The notes: generated by a model from the sequence alone, not told the origin. Positions 17,973 through 26,418 are shown, counted from the stretch's first letter. The stretch: 36,628 bases of DNA from Deltaproteobacteria bacterium (GCA_016184235.1 JACPDC010000084.1:1-36628), one strand, 5' to 3'. Made by a program: numbers and translations.

Positions 17973-20498
17973 ATGAGCCAGGTCAGCTTAACCATCGACG
18001 GCGCTCAGGTGACGGCGCAGTCAGGTGCGTCCCTCCTTGAGGCGGCCCGCAGCGCGGGCATCTATATTCCCGGCCTCTGCTCCCATCCCAGTCTTCCCCC
18101 GGCGCGCGGCAAAACCGCTCTTCCTGCGATCTGGCGCGATGGCCGGGTTATTCAGGGCGACGCGTCCGGCTCTATGGAGTTCGGCGGCTGCGGGTTATGC
18201 TCGGTCGAGGTGGATGGTGAGCTTGTCTCGGCCTGCGCCACATCGGCGGGTGAAGGGCTGCAGGTTCAGAGCCGGAGTCCCTGCGTAAAAGCCCGGCGGC
18301 AGGAGCGGCTGGCTGAAATTCTCGCGGACCACCCTCATGCCTGCCTTCTTTGCCAGAACAGGGAGGGATGCGACCGCATCGCCTGTTCGTTTAATGTCCC
18401 CGTGCCCGAGCGCTGCTGTGTCAAGTTTTCGAATTGCGAGCTGCGCCGGGTAGCCGATTACATCGGCATCAAGCCGGATAGTCCGCGCTACGTTCCCCGC
18501 GATCTTCCGATCGTTCAGGACGATCCGCTCTTTACCCGCAATTACAACCTGTGCATCGGCTGCACCCGCTGTGTGCGGGTCTGCGCCGACGTCCGGGGAG
18601 TGGAGGCTATCGGGTTTACGATAGCCGGCGGCCGCGTCGTGGTGGGGACTACGGCATCTTCTTTGCCCGAGTCGGAATGTAAATTCTGCACCGCCTGCGT
18701 CGAAGTCTGTCCGACCGGGGCGCTCATGGACAAACCCGCCGATGTCGCAGCAGGCGCGGGCAAAGAACAGGCGCTTGTTCCCTGCCGGTCGGCCTGTCCG
18801 GCGGGCGTCGACATCCCCCGCTACGTTCGGCTGATCGCTCAGGGCAAATACGGCGAAGCCGTCTCCGTGATCCGGGAGAAGGCCCCGTTCCCGGCGGTTC
18901 TTGGTTATGTCTGCTTTCATCCGTGCGAAAACGTCTGCCGGCGCGGCAAGGTGAACGAGCCGATCGCCATATGCGGTCTCAAGCGCTTTGCCGCGGATCA
19001 CGCCGACCCAGGTGGTCAGGTGGCGGCAGGAGCCGAAGAGTCCAACGGGAAGAGGGTTGCGGTCGTGGGCTCAGGACCGGCTGGTCTGACAGCGGCTTAC
19101 TATCTTCGGGGCAAAGGGCACGGCGTGACGGTTTTCGAAGCGGCCTCCGAGCCCGGAGGGATGCTCCTCTACGGTATTCCCCGCTATCGCGTCCCCTGTG
19201 ACGTAGTGCGGCGGGATATCAACGAGATTTTGGCGCGGGGTATAGAGCTTCGAACCAACACTCCTGTGGGCCCGGCCTCCGGCCTCTCGCTCGATAAGCT
19301 TCGCGGCGAATACCATGCCGTCTTCGTGGCCGTCGGCGCTCAGATAAGCAAAAGGGTCAAGATCGAGGGAAGCGAGCAGCAGGGGGTTCTCTGGGGCCTG
19401 GACTTTTTGCGCGAGGTCAACGTCGGCTCGTGGCCGGGAGCGCCGTTGGGCAGGGTCGTGGTGATAGGCGGAGGCAACGTGGCCATGGATGTGGCGCTGA
19501 CTGCAAGGCGTCTGGGGGCCAAAGAGATACAGATCGCCTGCCTCGAATCGCGCGCTGAGATGCCGGCTTTCGAGTCGGAGATCACGCAGGCGTGCGAAGA
19601 AGGCGCGCTCCTCCATCCTTCGTGGGGGCCGAAGCGGGTTCTGGCGAACGGGAAGGTGACCGGCATCGAGCTGCTCCGCTGCACCCGGGTCTTCGACGAG
19701 TCGGGGCGCTTCAATCCCTCCTTTGACCCGTCGGTCACCACCGTGATCGAGGCGGACACGGTGATCCTGACTATCGGCCAGAGCACGGATTTCTCCTTCC
19801 TGGAAGAGGGTGAGAAGGATCTGAGGACAGAAAGGGGAACCATCCGGACGGATCAGACGACTTTTGCCACGCCGCAGCCGGGAGTCTTCGCCGGCGGCGA
19901 AGCGGCGAGCGGCCCGTCCTCGGTCATCCAGGCGATCGCCGCCGGACGGAAAGCCGCGTCCTCGATCGACCGTTATCTCGGCGGTGATGGGATTTTTGCC
20001 GAGGGCGACAAACAGGAGGCCGAGCCGTGGATAGGGCGCGATGGAAAATTCGCTTCCTGGCCGCGCGCGACCATGCCACGCCTTTCTCCTGACAGCTGTC
20101 TGGGGAGTTTTGAGCCCATGGAGCTCGGCTTTGACGAGGCGATGGCTCTCGGTGAAGCCAGGCGCTGCCTCAGGTGCAACCTGAGACTTGAGCTTGGCGC
20201 GCCGGCGCTGCCGCCGGAGCCATGGTTGAAATTCGATCCGGAGCATGTTTCCGGGGCGCCTCGGAGCGAGGGGGTCTACCAGCTTCTGGACGAGGGCAAG
20301 CGGATCCTTCGGATCGCCGGCACGGCCGACCTGCGTCAGGCCCTCGAGGAGCAGCTGGCCGGTAATCCCAGCGCGCGCTATTTTATTTATGAAGAGGCGC
20401 CCATGTACACCCAAAGGGAAAGCGAGATGCTACAGCACTTTCTCCAGGAACACGGCCGCCTTCCCGCGGGCAACGACCTTGGAGACGAGCTGTTTTAA
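17973..20498 (+). CDS. fused Fe-S / GltD-like NAD(P)H flavoprotein oxidoreductase with an extra C-terminal domain
   Basis: Domains in order: a [2Fe-2S]-type N-terminus like NuoG/HydA (LTIDG...CGLCSVEV...ACAT); HACLLCQNREGC; two 4Fe-4S motifs (CIGCTRCVRVC, CKFCTACVEVCPTGA); a GltD-like CRSACPAGVDIPRY...CFHPCENVCRRG; dinucleotide folds VAVVGSGPAGLTAAYYL and VVVIGGGNVAMD; and a C-terminal ~76-aa extension. Confidence 0.75.
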   Translation: MSQVSLTIDGAQVTAQSGASLLEAARSAGIYIPGLCSHPSLPPARGKTALPAIWRDGRVIQGDASGSMEFGGCGLCSVEVDGELVSACATSAGEGLQVQSRSPCVKARRQERLAEILADHPHACLLCQNREGCDRIACSFNVPVPERCCVKFSNCELRRVADYIGIKPDSPRYVPRDLPIVQDDPLFTRNYNLCIGCTRCVRVCADVRGVEAIGFTIAGGRVVVGTTASSLPESECKFCTACVEVCPTGALMDKPADVAAGAGKEQALVPCRSACPAGVDIPRYVRLIAQGKYGEAVSVIREKAPFPAVLGYVCFHPCENVCRRGKVNEPIAICGLKRFAADHADPGGQVAAGAEESNGKRVAVVGSGPAGLTAAYYLRGKGHGVTVFEAASEPGGMLLYGIPRYRVPCDVVRRDINEILARGIELRTNTPVGPASGLSLDKLRGEYHAVFVAVGAQISKRVKIEGSEQQGVLWGLDFLREVNVGSWPGAPLGRVVVIGGGNVAMDVALTARRLGAKEIQIACLESRAEMPAFESEITQACEEGALLHPSWGPKRVLANGKVTGIELLRCTRVFDESGRFNPSFDPSVTTVIEADTVILTIGQSTDFSFLEEGEKDLRTERGTIRTDQTTFATPQPGVFAGGEAASGPSSVIQAIAAGRKAASSIDRYLGGDGIFAEGDKQEAEPWIGRDGKFASWPRATMPRLSPDSCLGSFEPMELGFDEAMALGEARRCLRCNLRLELGAPALPPEPWLKFDPEHVSGAPRSEGVYQLLDEGKRILRIAGTADLRQALEEQLAGNPSARYFIYEEAPMYTQRESEMLQHFLQEHGRLPAGNDLGDELF

Positions 20499-20521
20499 AC
20501 CTTTTACTGCTCACTAAAGTT

Positions 20522-20797
20522 ATGCCCGCAAGAAGAAGTGATCGGGAAGAGGAGCTTGTAAGCCAGGGCTGGACTAAACAGTTCCTCGCCAGCGATCCGA
20601 GACTCCACGAGGCGACCGGGCTTTATGAATCGGTCGGGCTGGAGGTGCATCTGGAGCCCGCGCGCGCAGAGGATCTGGCCTGTTCAGAGTGTCAACCCCC
20701 GCAACCGTCAGCTACCATTGAAGGCTGGTACGTTATCTACACGCGCCCGAGAGAAAAGGCGAAAGAGGGTCCCGGCGAAGAGGAGGAGCTATGGTGA
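20522..20797 (+). CDS. hypothetical small protein
   Basis: 91-aa ORF directly after the oxidoreductase on the same strand. No obvious Shine-Dalgarno sequence and no recognised motif apart from a CSEC pair. Confidence 0.4.
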   Translation: MPARRSDREEELVSQGWTKQFLASDPRLHEATGLYESVGLEVHLEPARAEDLACSECQPPQPSATIEGWYVIYTRPREKAKEGPGEEEELW

Positions 20798-20869
20798 AAG
20801 CTATGGCGCGGAAAGCGGCAAGCTTATTCAGATGCAGCGGGGCTCCTGAAATACCGGAGAAGAGTTTGC

Positions 20870-20894
20870 TAGTCCCAACGGGAATCGAACCCGT
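20870..20894 (-). other. tRNA 3'-end fragment (T-arm plus acceptor 3' strand)
   Basis: The minus strand reads ACGGG-TTCGATT-CCCGT followed by TGGGACT-A. This is a perfect 5-bp T-stem with the canonical TTCGATT loop. The sequence 5' of it does not fold into anticodon or D arms. Confidence 0.4.
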
Positions 20895-20940
20895 GTTACC
20901 GAGATGCGGATGGAAGAAGCGGCGCGCCCGGGCTTAACCG

Positions 20941-21849
20941 CTAGCGGCCCGCCCTTGTTTTCAGCGATCCCAATATCGGTCCGCACAAATCGGTGAATTC
21001 TTCGTCGGCGAACATAATCTGCTCAAGGCCGGGCGCGAGCTTGACAGCTCTGGCCGCGCTTTCTCGCGCATTGGAAAATTCCTTTCTCGCGCAGGAAACG
21101 CGCGCCAGGTCAAAATGGCCCCACGCGTAGTTCGGGTCGATTTCCAGCGCATACCTGAGAGCTGCAACGGATTCTTTGAGGCGCTTGGCCTTGAACAGCG
21201 AATATCCCTTCAGATCGGCGACGTGCGGATTTCTAGGGTCCAGCTTGAGGGCCTCGTCGTAGGCTTGAACGGCCTCGCGATACATTTCTTGATGGTATAG
21301 CTCTATCCCTCGTGTCACAAAGAAGACGGCCTCGCGCGACGCCTTGAGTTGATTGCGGGCGGAGATCAGCTCTTGCCGCGCGCGCGCGCCGGCGTCTTGA
21401 AGCGCTCTCAACTCCGCTGTCCGGTCGGGAAGCTGCGGCGCCGCTGCGCCCGCGGAAGCGGCCTCCTCAGACGCGTTGGGCCGATCGCGAGTAGGAATCA
21501 GCTCTTGCCGCGCCTGCGGGGGTTGCGACGCTCCATCGAGAACCTGCGGGGGAAATTGACCCACGGAGACAGCCTCCCCGGATGCATGGAGCTGATTACG
21601 AGCGGAAACCAGCTCATGCTGCGCCCGTTCGAGTTCTGAGGCGAGACGGAGGGCCTCGGTGGAGAGCTTACCTACCTCGTAGAACAGGAAGCCGAACCCC
21701 ATGAAGAGGGCGGTCAGCCCGGAGAGACCGATGACCTTGTACCGCCGGGGGGCGCTCGCCGGGGCCGCAGGAGGAATTTCAAGCGGCTCCGCCGCGTGAG
21801 CGCGCTCATCGACTTCATCAGCCATACGGGCGGAATCAGCGTCGGCCAT
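20941..21849 (-). CDS. membrane-anchored TPR-repeat protein
   Basis: One TM segment (VIGLSGLTALFMGFGFLFY), an internal repeat ELVSARNQLHASGEAV / ELISARNQLKASREAV, and C-terminal TPR-like repeats (YREAVQAYDEALKLDPRNP..., LRYALEIDPNYAW...). Confidence 0.7.
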   Translation of the reverse strand: MADADSARMADEVDERAHAAEPLEIPPAAPASAPRRYKVIGLSGLTALFMGFGFLFYEVGKLSTEALRLASELERAQHELVSARNQLHASGEAVSVGQFPPQVLDGASQPPQARQELIPTRDRPNASEEAASAGAAAPQLPDRTAELRALQDAGARARQELISARNQLKASREAVFFVTRGIELYHQEMYREAVQAYDEALKLDPRNPHVADLKGYSLFKAKRLKESVAALRYALEIDPNYAWGHFDLARVSCARKEFSNARESAARAVKLAPGLEQIMFADEEFTDLCGPILGSLKTRAGR

Positions 21850-21899
21850 GAGCGCTCACCTCGGAGCCGGCGGCCCTGCATGTATTGAAATGACCCGTT

Positions 21900-22892
21900 C
21901 TATAAATCGTTGTAATGGGCAATCTCTTCCCTCACCTCTTGCTTGCATTGGGACCGGCAAATCTCGCCGGCCTTGTCTATCAAACTGCGGGCTTCCGTGG
22001 CGTGGCCCTCGAGCTTGTAAATCATCGCGATCGGCAAAAGAATTTGCGCCCTCTGAGCCGCATCCTTGACTTGTTCGGAGGCCCGGACAGCTTCGCTGAG
22101 GTGCTTTTTTACTTCGCCAAAATCTATCGCTTGAGAAGCGTAGCCGACCAGCCCTATCTCTTTATGCGCCCACGCCTTTATATAAGGATGCCTCGTTTTG
22201 TCCAAAGCGCTCGCGTATCTTTTCAGCGCCTCTGCCGGCTCTTGCTTCTCGTAGTAGAGGAGATCTCCTTCTGCTATCGATGCCACGGCTTGTACATCTC
22301 CATGCTCCCGGGATAGAGAACGGCTGCGGTTTCTCTCCCTGAGCTGCCGGATCGCCGCAGAAACATCGCCCGTCTCAGCCGTTTTAACGGCCTCCTTCAC
22401 CGCGTCATAGGCGCGCCGCGCCGGAGTCGTTTTCAAATCGGCCGCGATATACTGAAGCTGAGAATCCAATACTTTACTCCTGAGGCTCCGACAATTCGCA
22501 TTCTCGCCTCTGTCGACGATGCACATAAGTAAAACAACGGTGCGGTGGTTGCCGGCAGGCGGCGGGCCGGGACGGCCGACGCTACCCGGGTCGAATCGCC
22601 TTGACGCAGGCGCAAGAGCCCGCTCCGGCGCGGGACCGCGCCCCGGCGTAGCGCTCGGCGCCGGTGCAGGATTCGGTGTTGGCGCCGGAGCTGGCGCCGG
22701 CGTAAGAGTCGGCGTGGGGGTCGGACTCGGTAGAGGCGTAGGGATCGGAGCGGACGGCAGTTGGACCTGTGCCCAAAGCCGTAAAAGAGGCTTGTCGGAT
22801 ACAACCGGGAACAGGAACTGAAGGCCGATCGCCAAATCAATGACGATGCGGACTTTGAGCCTACGGTTGAGAAGGCGGCCCATTAGGCGCAT
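21900..22892 (-). CDS. unknown-function protein, paralogue A (hydrophobic N-terminus, Pro/Ala/Thr linker, helical Cys-containing C-domain)
   Basis: 330 aa and clearly homologous along its length to 23028-24200 (e.g. SREHGDVQA.A.IAEGDLLYYE, ALDKTRHPY.KAWAHKEIGL.GY, AAQRA.ILLPIA.IYK). Confidence 0.7.
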   Translation of the reverse strand: MRLMGRLLNRRLKVRIVIDLAIGLQFLFPVVSDKPLLRLWAQVQLPSAPIPTPLPSPTPTPTLTPAPAPAPTPNPAPAPSATPGRGPAPERALAPASRRFDPGSVGRPGPPPAGNHRTVVLLMCIVDRGENANCRSLRSKVLDSQLQYIAADLKTTPARRAYDAVKEAVKTAETGDVSAAIRQLRERNRSRSLSREHGDVQAVASIAEGDLLYYEKQEPAEALKRYASALDKTRHPYIKAWAHKEIGLVGYASQAIDFGEVKKHLSEAVRASEQVKDAAQRAQILLPIAMIYKLEGHATEARSLIDKAGEICRSQCKQEVREEIAHYNDL

Positions 22893-23027
22893 AGCAATTT
22901 TAATTTTAATATCCGGGCGTCTGAAGAGATACCAGGAAAATACCCTACAAATAGGGAGGTCAATACCCAGTTTGCCGCTTGGCGTTCTCTGGATTGCCCC
23001 GTCCGATACGGGGTCGTCGGGCTGAGA

Positions 23028-24200
23028 TCACCGGCCCCATGACTCTCTGTATAAGGCGATCTCTTCTCTCACATCCCGCTCACAGTCAGAGCGGCAAATC
23101 TCCCCGACCTTGACTACCAGAGTTTGAGCCTCCATCGAGGCGCCGTCGTATTTGTAAATCGTGGCGATCGGCAGAAGAATCCGCGCCCTCTGAGCCGCAT
23201 CCCCGACTTCCTCCGATTCCTGAAGCGCCTCGCTAAAGTGCTTCTTCACCACATTTAAAGCTATCGCCTGCGACCCGTAACCGATCAGCCCTATCTCCTT
23301 ATGGGCCCACGCCTTCACATAGGGATGCCGGGTCTTGTCCAAAGCGCTCCCATACCTCTTCAGCGCTTCAGCCGGCGCGCGCCTTTCGTAGTAGAGGAGA
23401 TCCCCTTCTGCTATCAAGGCCAGAGCCTGCACATCGCCATGTTCCCGGGACAGGGAGCGGCCGCGGTGGATCTCTCTGAGCTGTCCGATGGCCGCGGCGA
23501 CATCGCCCGCCTCGACGGTCTTAACCGCCTGTTTCAATGCCTCGTAGGCGCGCCGGGCCGGAGCGGTTTTCAGCCCGGCTGCTATGTGCTCGAGCTGGGC
23601 ATTGAACAGCGAGCTCCTCATCTTGCGGCAGCCCGCATTGCCGTCTCCTTTGATGACGCACATCACCAAAACAACCGTCTGGTGATTCTTAACCACAGAT
23701 GGCGGCTCGCCGGGGCTGACCGGCCTAACCCGCCCCAATCGTTCCGACGCGCGCGGCGCCGCTCCGTGGCCGGCTGCTTTGCCCCGCTCTGCTCCCTCCC
23801 ACCCAGGCGGAGAAATCCCCTGTGGCCCGCGGTTCGGCTCCGGTCTGCCGCCCGGCGGTAAACCGGGAGTTAATACCGGACCAGGAGTACCCGGTGGACC
23901 AGGGGCTGGCGCCGGGGTGGGCGCTACGATTGGGCTTGGAGCCGGCGCCGGCGTAGGAGCTGGCGCAGGAACAAAGACCGGGGTCGGCGCTGGAGCCGGA
24001 GTCGGAGTGAGGATTGGTGTCGGAATCGGCGTAAGAGCCGGGATCGGCGCCGGAGCCTGTATCGGCGAGGATGGCAGTTTCACCTGCGCCCAAAGCCGTG
24101 GGACGTAATGGTCTAATACAGCTGGGAATAGGAAGTGAAAGCCAACTGCCAAAGGGACGATCATGCGGATTTTGAATCCGTAGTTACCGATGCATCTCAT
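23028..24200 (-). CDS. unknown-function protein, paralogue B (longer Pro-rich linker)
   Basis: 390 aa with the same architecture as 21900-22892. The upstream non-coding DNA is also similar (ttaatatccgg.cg.ctgaag), indicating a tandem duplication. Confidence 0.7.
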   Translation of the reverse strand: MRCIGNYGFKIRMIVPLAVGFHFLFPAVLDHYVPRLWAQVKLPSSPIQAPAPIPALTPIPTPILTPTPAPAPTPVFVPAPAPTPAPAPSPIVAPTPAPAPGPPGTPGPVLTPGLPPGGRPEPNRGPQGISPPGWEGAERGKAAGHGAAPRASERLGRVRPVSPGEPPSVVKNHQTVVLVMCVIKGDGNAGCRKMRSSLFNAQLEHIAAGLKTAPARRAYEALKQAVKTVEAGDVAAAIGQLREIHRGRSLSREHGDVQALALIAEGDLLYYERRAPAEALKRYGSALDKTRHPYVKAWAHKEIGLIGYGSQAIALNVVKKHFSEALQESEEVGDAAQRARILLPIATIYKYDGASMEAQTLVVKVGEICRSDCERDVREEIALYRESWGR

Positions 24201-24446
24201 TTAGCGAGCCCCGTCAATGATGTTAATATCCGGTCGGCTGAAGTAATAGCGGGCAGATACCTTAAATAATGTGGGAAAAAACCTATACTGTTTTTTTTGT
24301 TGCAGGGAAATCCCTGCAAGAACTTGCTCCATCTTAATCATCAGCCCGGGATGAAAATTCTTTAATATCAGCGAATTACTCATCTTTGGCGACAGTTGGC
24401 ATATAGCTTGCTCGAACGCATAGACAAAAACGCCGAGGTTTGTGCA

Positions 24447-24935
24447 ATGAACAGCGTTCGAAAAATTCTCGTCCCCGTCGATTTCTCGGAGGATTCCGCC
24501 AACGGGCTCAAATATGCGCTCTCTCTGGCGCAGGAGACGCAAGCGGAACTCGTCGTGCTGTACGTAGCGGAAAAGAAGGAAGCGGATCATTTCTTCTGTT
24601 TACTGGCCAGCATGGAGGCGTGGCCCATGCCCAATGTCTCCACCGGCATCCCGATCGACCAATTGGTGCGAGAGAAGGCCTTGGATCTTCATTATTTTAT
24701 CCAACAGCACGCCAGAAACCCCGGTGCGGTGAAGATCAGAAAACGGGTGGTCGTAGGAAAGAAAAGCAGGCAAATATTAGAAGTCGCCAGAGAGGAGAAC
24801 GTCGATCTGGTAGTGCTCGCTTTTCCACGACAATCTCTCTTGCGTTACCTGATTGCGCGGCGCAGGGTGCTCAAAGCGATCCCAAACTTCCCCTGCCCTG
24901 TGCTGCTCAAGCCGCCGGTGCCGAGCTTGGCCTGA
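24447..24935 (+). CDS. universal stress protein (UspA family)
   Basis: KILVPVDFSEDSANGLKYALSLAQETQAELVVLYV, then DLVVLA and CPVLL. The glycine-rich ATP motif is not evident. ATG at 24447 chosen. Confidence 0.7.
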   Translation: MNSVRKILVPVDFSEDSANGLKYALSLAQETQAELVVLYVAEKKEADHFFCLLASMEAWPMPNVSTGIPIDQLVREKALDLHYFIQQHARNPGAVKIRKRVVVGKKSRQILEVAREENVDLVVLAFPRQSLLRYLIARRRVLKAIPNFPCPVLLKPPVPSLA

Positions 24936-24978
24936 GTGTGCGGCGAGACAGAACGACGATTTTTCTTCGGACGTGCGT

Positions 24979-25896
24979 ATGGTTGGGAAAATTCTTACCC
25001 CCACGGATCTGTCGGCCGCTTCAAAAGGCGAAATTGCCTACGCCATTTCGTTGGCGCGGGAGAGGGATTGCGAGCTGGTCGTGGTCCACGCAACCTCCAT
25101 CCCGGCCTACGAGTTGGGGCGTTTTTACGGCGAGGATTTTTTCCTCAGCAGGCGGCCCTTCAGTTTCAGCCTCGATCATCTCACTCGACGGGCTTCCGCC
25201 GACCTGCGTCACTTCATCTACGGTCACTTTCTCGGCGACCTAGAGCAGCTGGAATGGAAGATCCGCATAGAATTAGGAGAGGTTGCCGAGGCGATCGTTT
25301 CCGCAGCCTGTCGAGAAGAGGCGGGCCTCATCGTCATGGGAAAGCGCAAACGCAAATGGCTGCAGGTCCCCTCCCGAAGAATCTCCGAGCGAGTTATCCG
25401 AAAGGCGCCCTGTCCGGTGCTCTGTGTCAGCCCTCAGATGGCCCTGCGTCCCTGGGGCGCGCAGCGCATCCCGATCGTTGATCGCGCGGCTCGCCCGCGG
25501 CTGGCTGGGCGTCCAAGGTCAACAATGCCGATTAGAATTCTCGTGGTAGAGGACCATGTAGATTCTCTTGAACTCCTTAGCCTGCAGCTGACGTCTATGG
25601 GCTACGAGGTTATCGGGGCGATGACTGGGAAGGAAGGAATTGAGAAGGCTCAGGCTCATCATCCCGAGATCATTGTTATGGATCTCGGGCTGCCCGACAT
25701 AAACGGGATCGAAGCGACCCAAAGACTAAAACACAATCCTCACACAGCCCGCATTCCAGTGATTGGTCACACGGCATGGCCGGAGGAAGCCTATAAAAAT
25801 GCGGGAAAGAAGGCCGGAATATCAGAGGTCCTAACTAAACCTACCGACCCCACTCGATTCAAGACCGCAATCGAGAGACACCTTAACCTAAACTAG
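24979..25896 (+). CDS. USP domain fused in frame to a CheY-like receiver domain (or two genes sharing one frame)
   Basis: USP part: KILTPTDLSAASKGEIAYAISLARERDCELVVVHA...CPVLCV. Receiver part: RILVVEDH, IIVMDLGLPDINGIE, LTKP. There is no stop between them. An internal ATG at 25525 could start a stand-alone receiver. Confidence 0.65.
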   Translation: MVGKILTPTDLSAASKGEIAYAISLARERDCELVVVHATSIPAYELGRFYGEDFFLSRRPFSFSLDHLTRRASADLRHFIYGHFLGDLEQLEWKIRIELGEVAEAIVSAACREEAGLIVMGKRKRKWLQVPSRRISERVIRKAPCPVLCVSPQMALRPWGAQRIPIVDRAARPRLAGRPRSTMPIRILVVEDHVDSLELLSLQLTSMGYEVIGAMTGKEGIEKAQAHHPEIIVMDLGLPDINGIEATQRLKHNPHTARIPVIGHTAWPEEAYKNAGKKAGISEVLTKPTDPTRFKTAIERHLNLN

Positions 25897-26166
25897 AAAA
25901 GCAGCCTGATCAGCGCCACCCCGATACCGAGGATCCCCAGGGAGACGGTCCACGCGAGCAAAGGATCGTGTTGGCCGGGCCACGGGAAGTCCGCGTCCAG
26001 GAGTTTTCTTATCCGGCGGTGCCTCTGGGGCGGTTGCAGGATTGTGAGGGAGAGGGTGGTGCGCCACGAGCTGTCGAATTTATGGACAGGGAAACACAAA
26101 GACAAGATGCAAAATATAAATCTTTTCATAAAGACCTCCACGATATTCCGCTCTTTGCGCGGACGA

Positions 26167-26418
26167 TCACCGGCGAGTCTCCGGCCTTGACTTTGCTTTG
26201 GTCGCCAACGGGCGCGTTTTGCTCCCGGCGGCTCTCTTCGGGCCCTTTTCTGACGGCGCCGAGGGAGCCGATTGAGCCGCCAAGACCCCCGCCCCCCGCT
26301 CCCGGCCCTGCCAAATCGTTTCCGCCTTGAGCCAGTGATCCAAGACCCTGCCCTCGGGGCGGCCCTCATCTTCCCAGATGTGATAGGCTATCGTGCGTAT
26401 TTCATCTTCCCGCTCCAT
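26167..26418 (-). CDS. DUF2934-family small protein
   Basis: IAYHIWEDEGRPEGRVLDHWLKAE is the characteristic DUF2934 motif. It has a basic low-complexity tail. Confidence 0.65.
   Translation of the reverse strand: MEREDEIRTIAYHIWEDEGRPEGRVLDHWLKAETIWQGRERGAGVLAAQSAPSAPSEKGPKRAAGSKTRPLATKAKSRPETRR

Noticed and set aside
20870-20950. Possible complete tRNA gene on the minus strand.
   Set aside because: Only the T-arm and 3' acceptor strand are convincing. The upstream sequence (…GCCGCTTCTTCCATCCGCATCTCGGTAAC) gives no anticodon or D stems. The 5' acceptor complement is absent, and the region would overlap the end of the TPR ORF. I kept it only as a fragment.
22560-22780. Degenerate GC-rich short repeats (ggcgccgg/ggagc…), also at about 23860-24070.
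   Set aside because: They are the coding sequence of the Pro/Ala/Thr linkers of the two paralogous proteins. The opposite-strand ORFs (22519-22821, 23779-24108) are Gly/Ala mirror images.
24288-24318. T8 run next to the stem-loop gcaggga-aa-tccctgc, which looks like a terminator.
   Set aside because: The T-run precedes the stem on the plus strand, so on the minus strand the stem is followed by A's. It is therefore not a canonical intrinsic terminator in either direction. It lies in a divergent promoter region between 24200 and 24447 and may be a binding site, but I cannot support that.
25893-26129. Small ORFs with hydrophobic ends: MKRFIFCILSLCF… (78 aa, minus strand) and METTLSEELVILIKFILSAMIIIWLATWKG (26452-26544, minus strand).
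   Set aside because: They are short, lack clear ribosome-binding sites and have no recognisable family. They could be real small membrane proteins, but the sequence alone does not support calling them.
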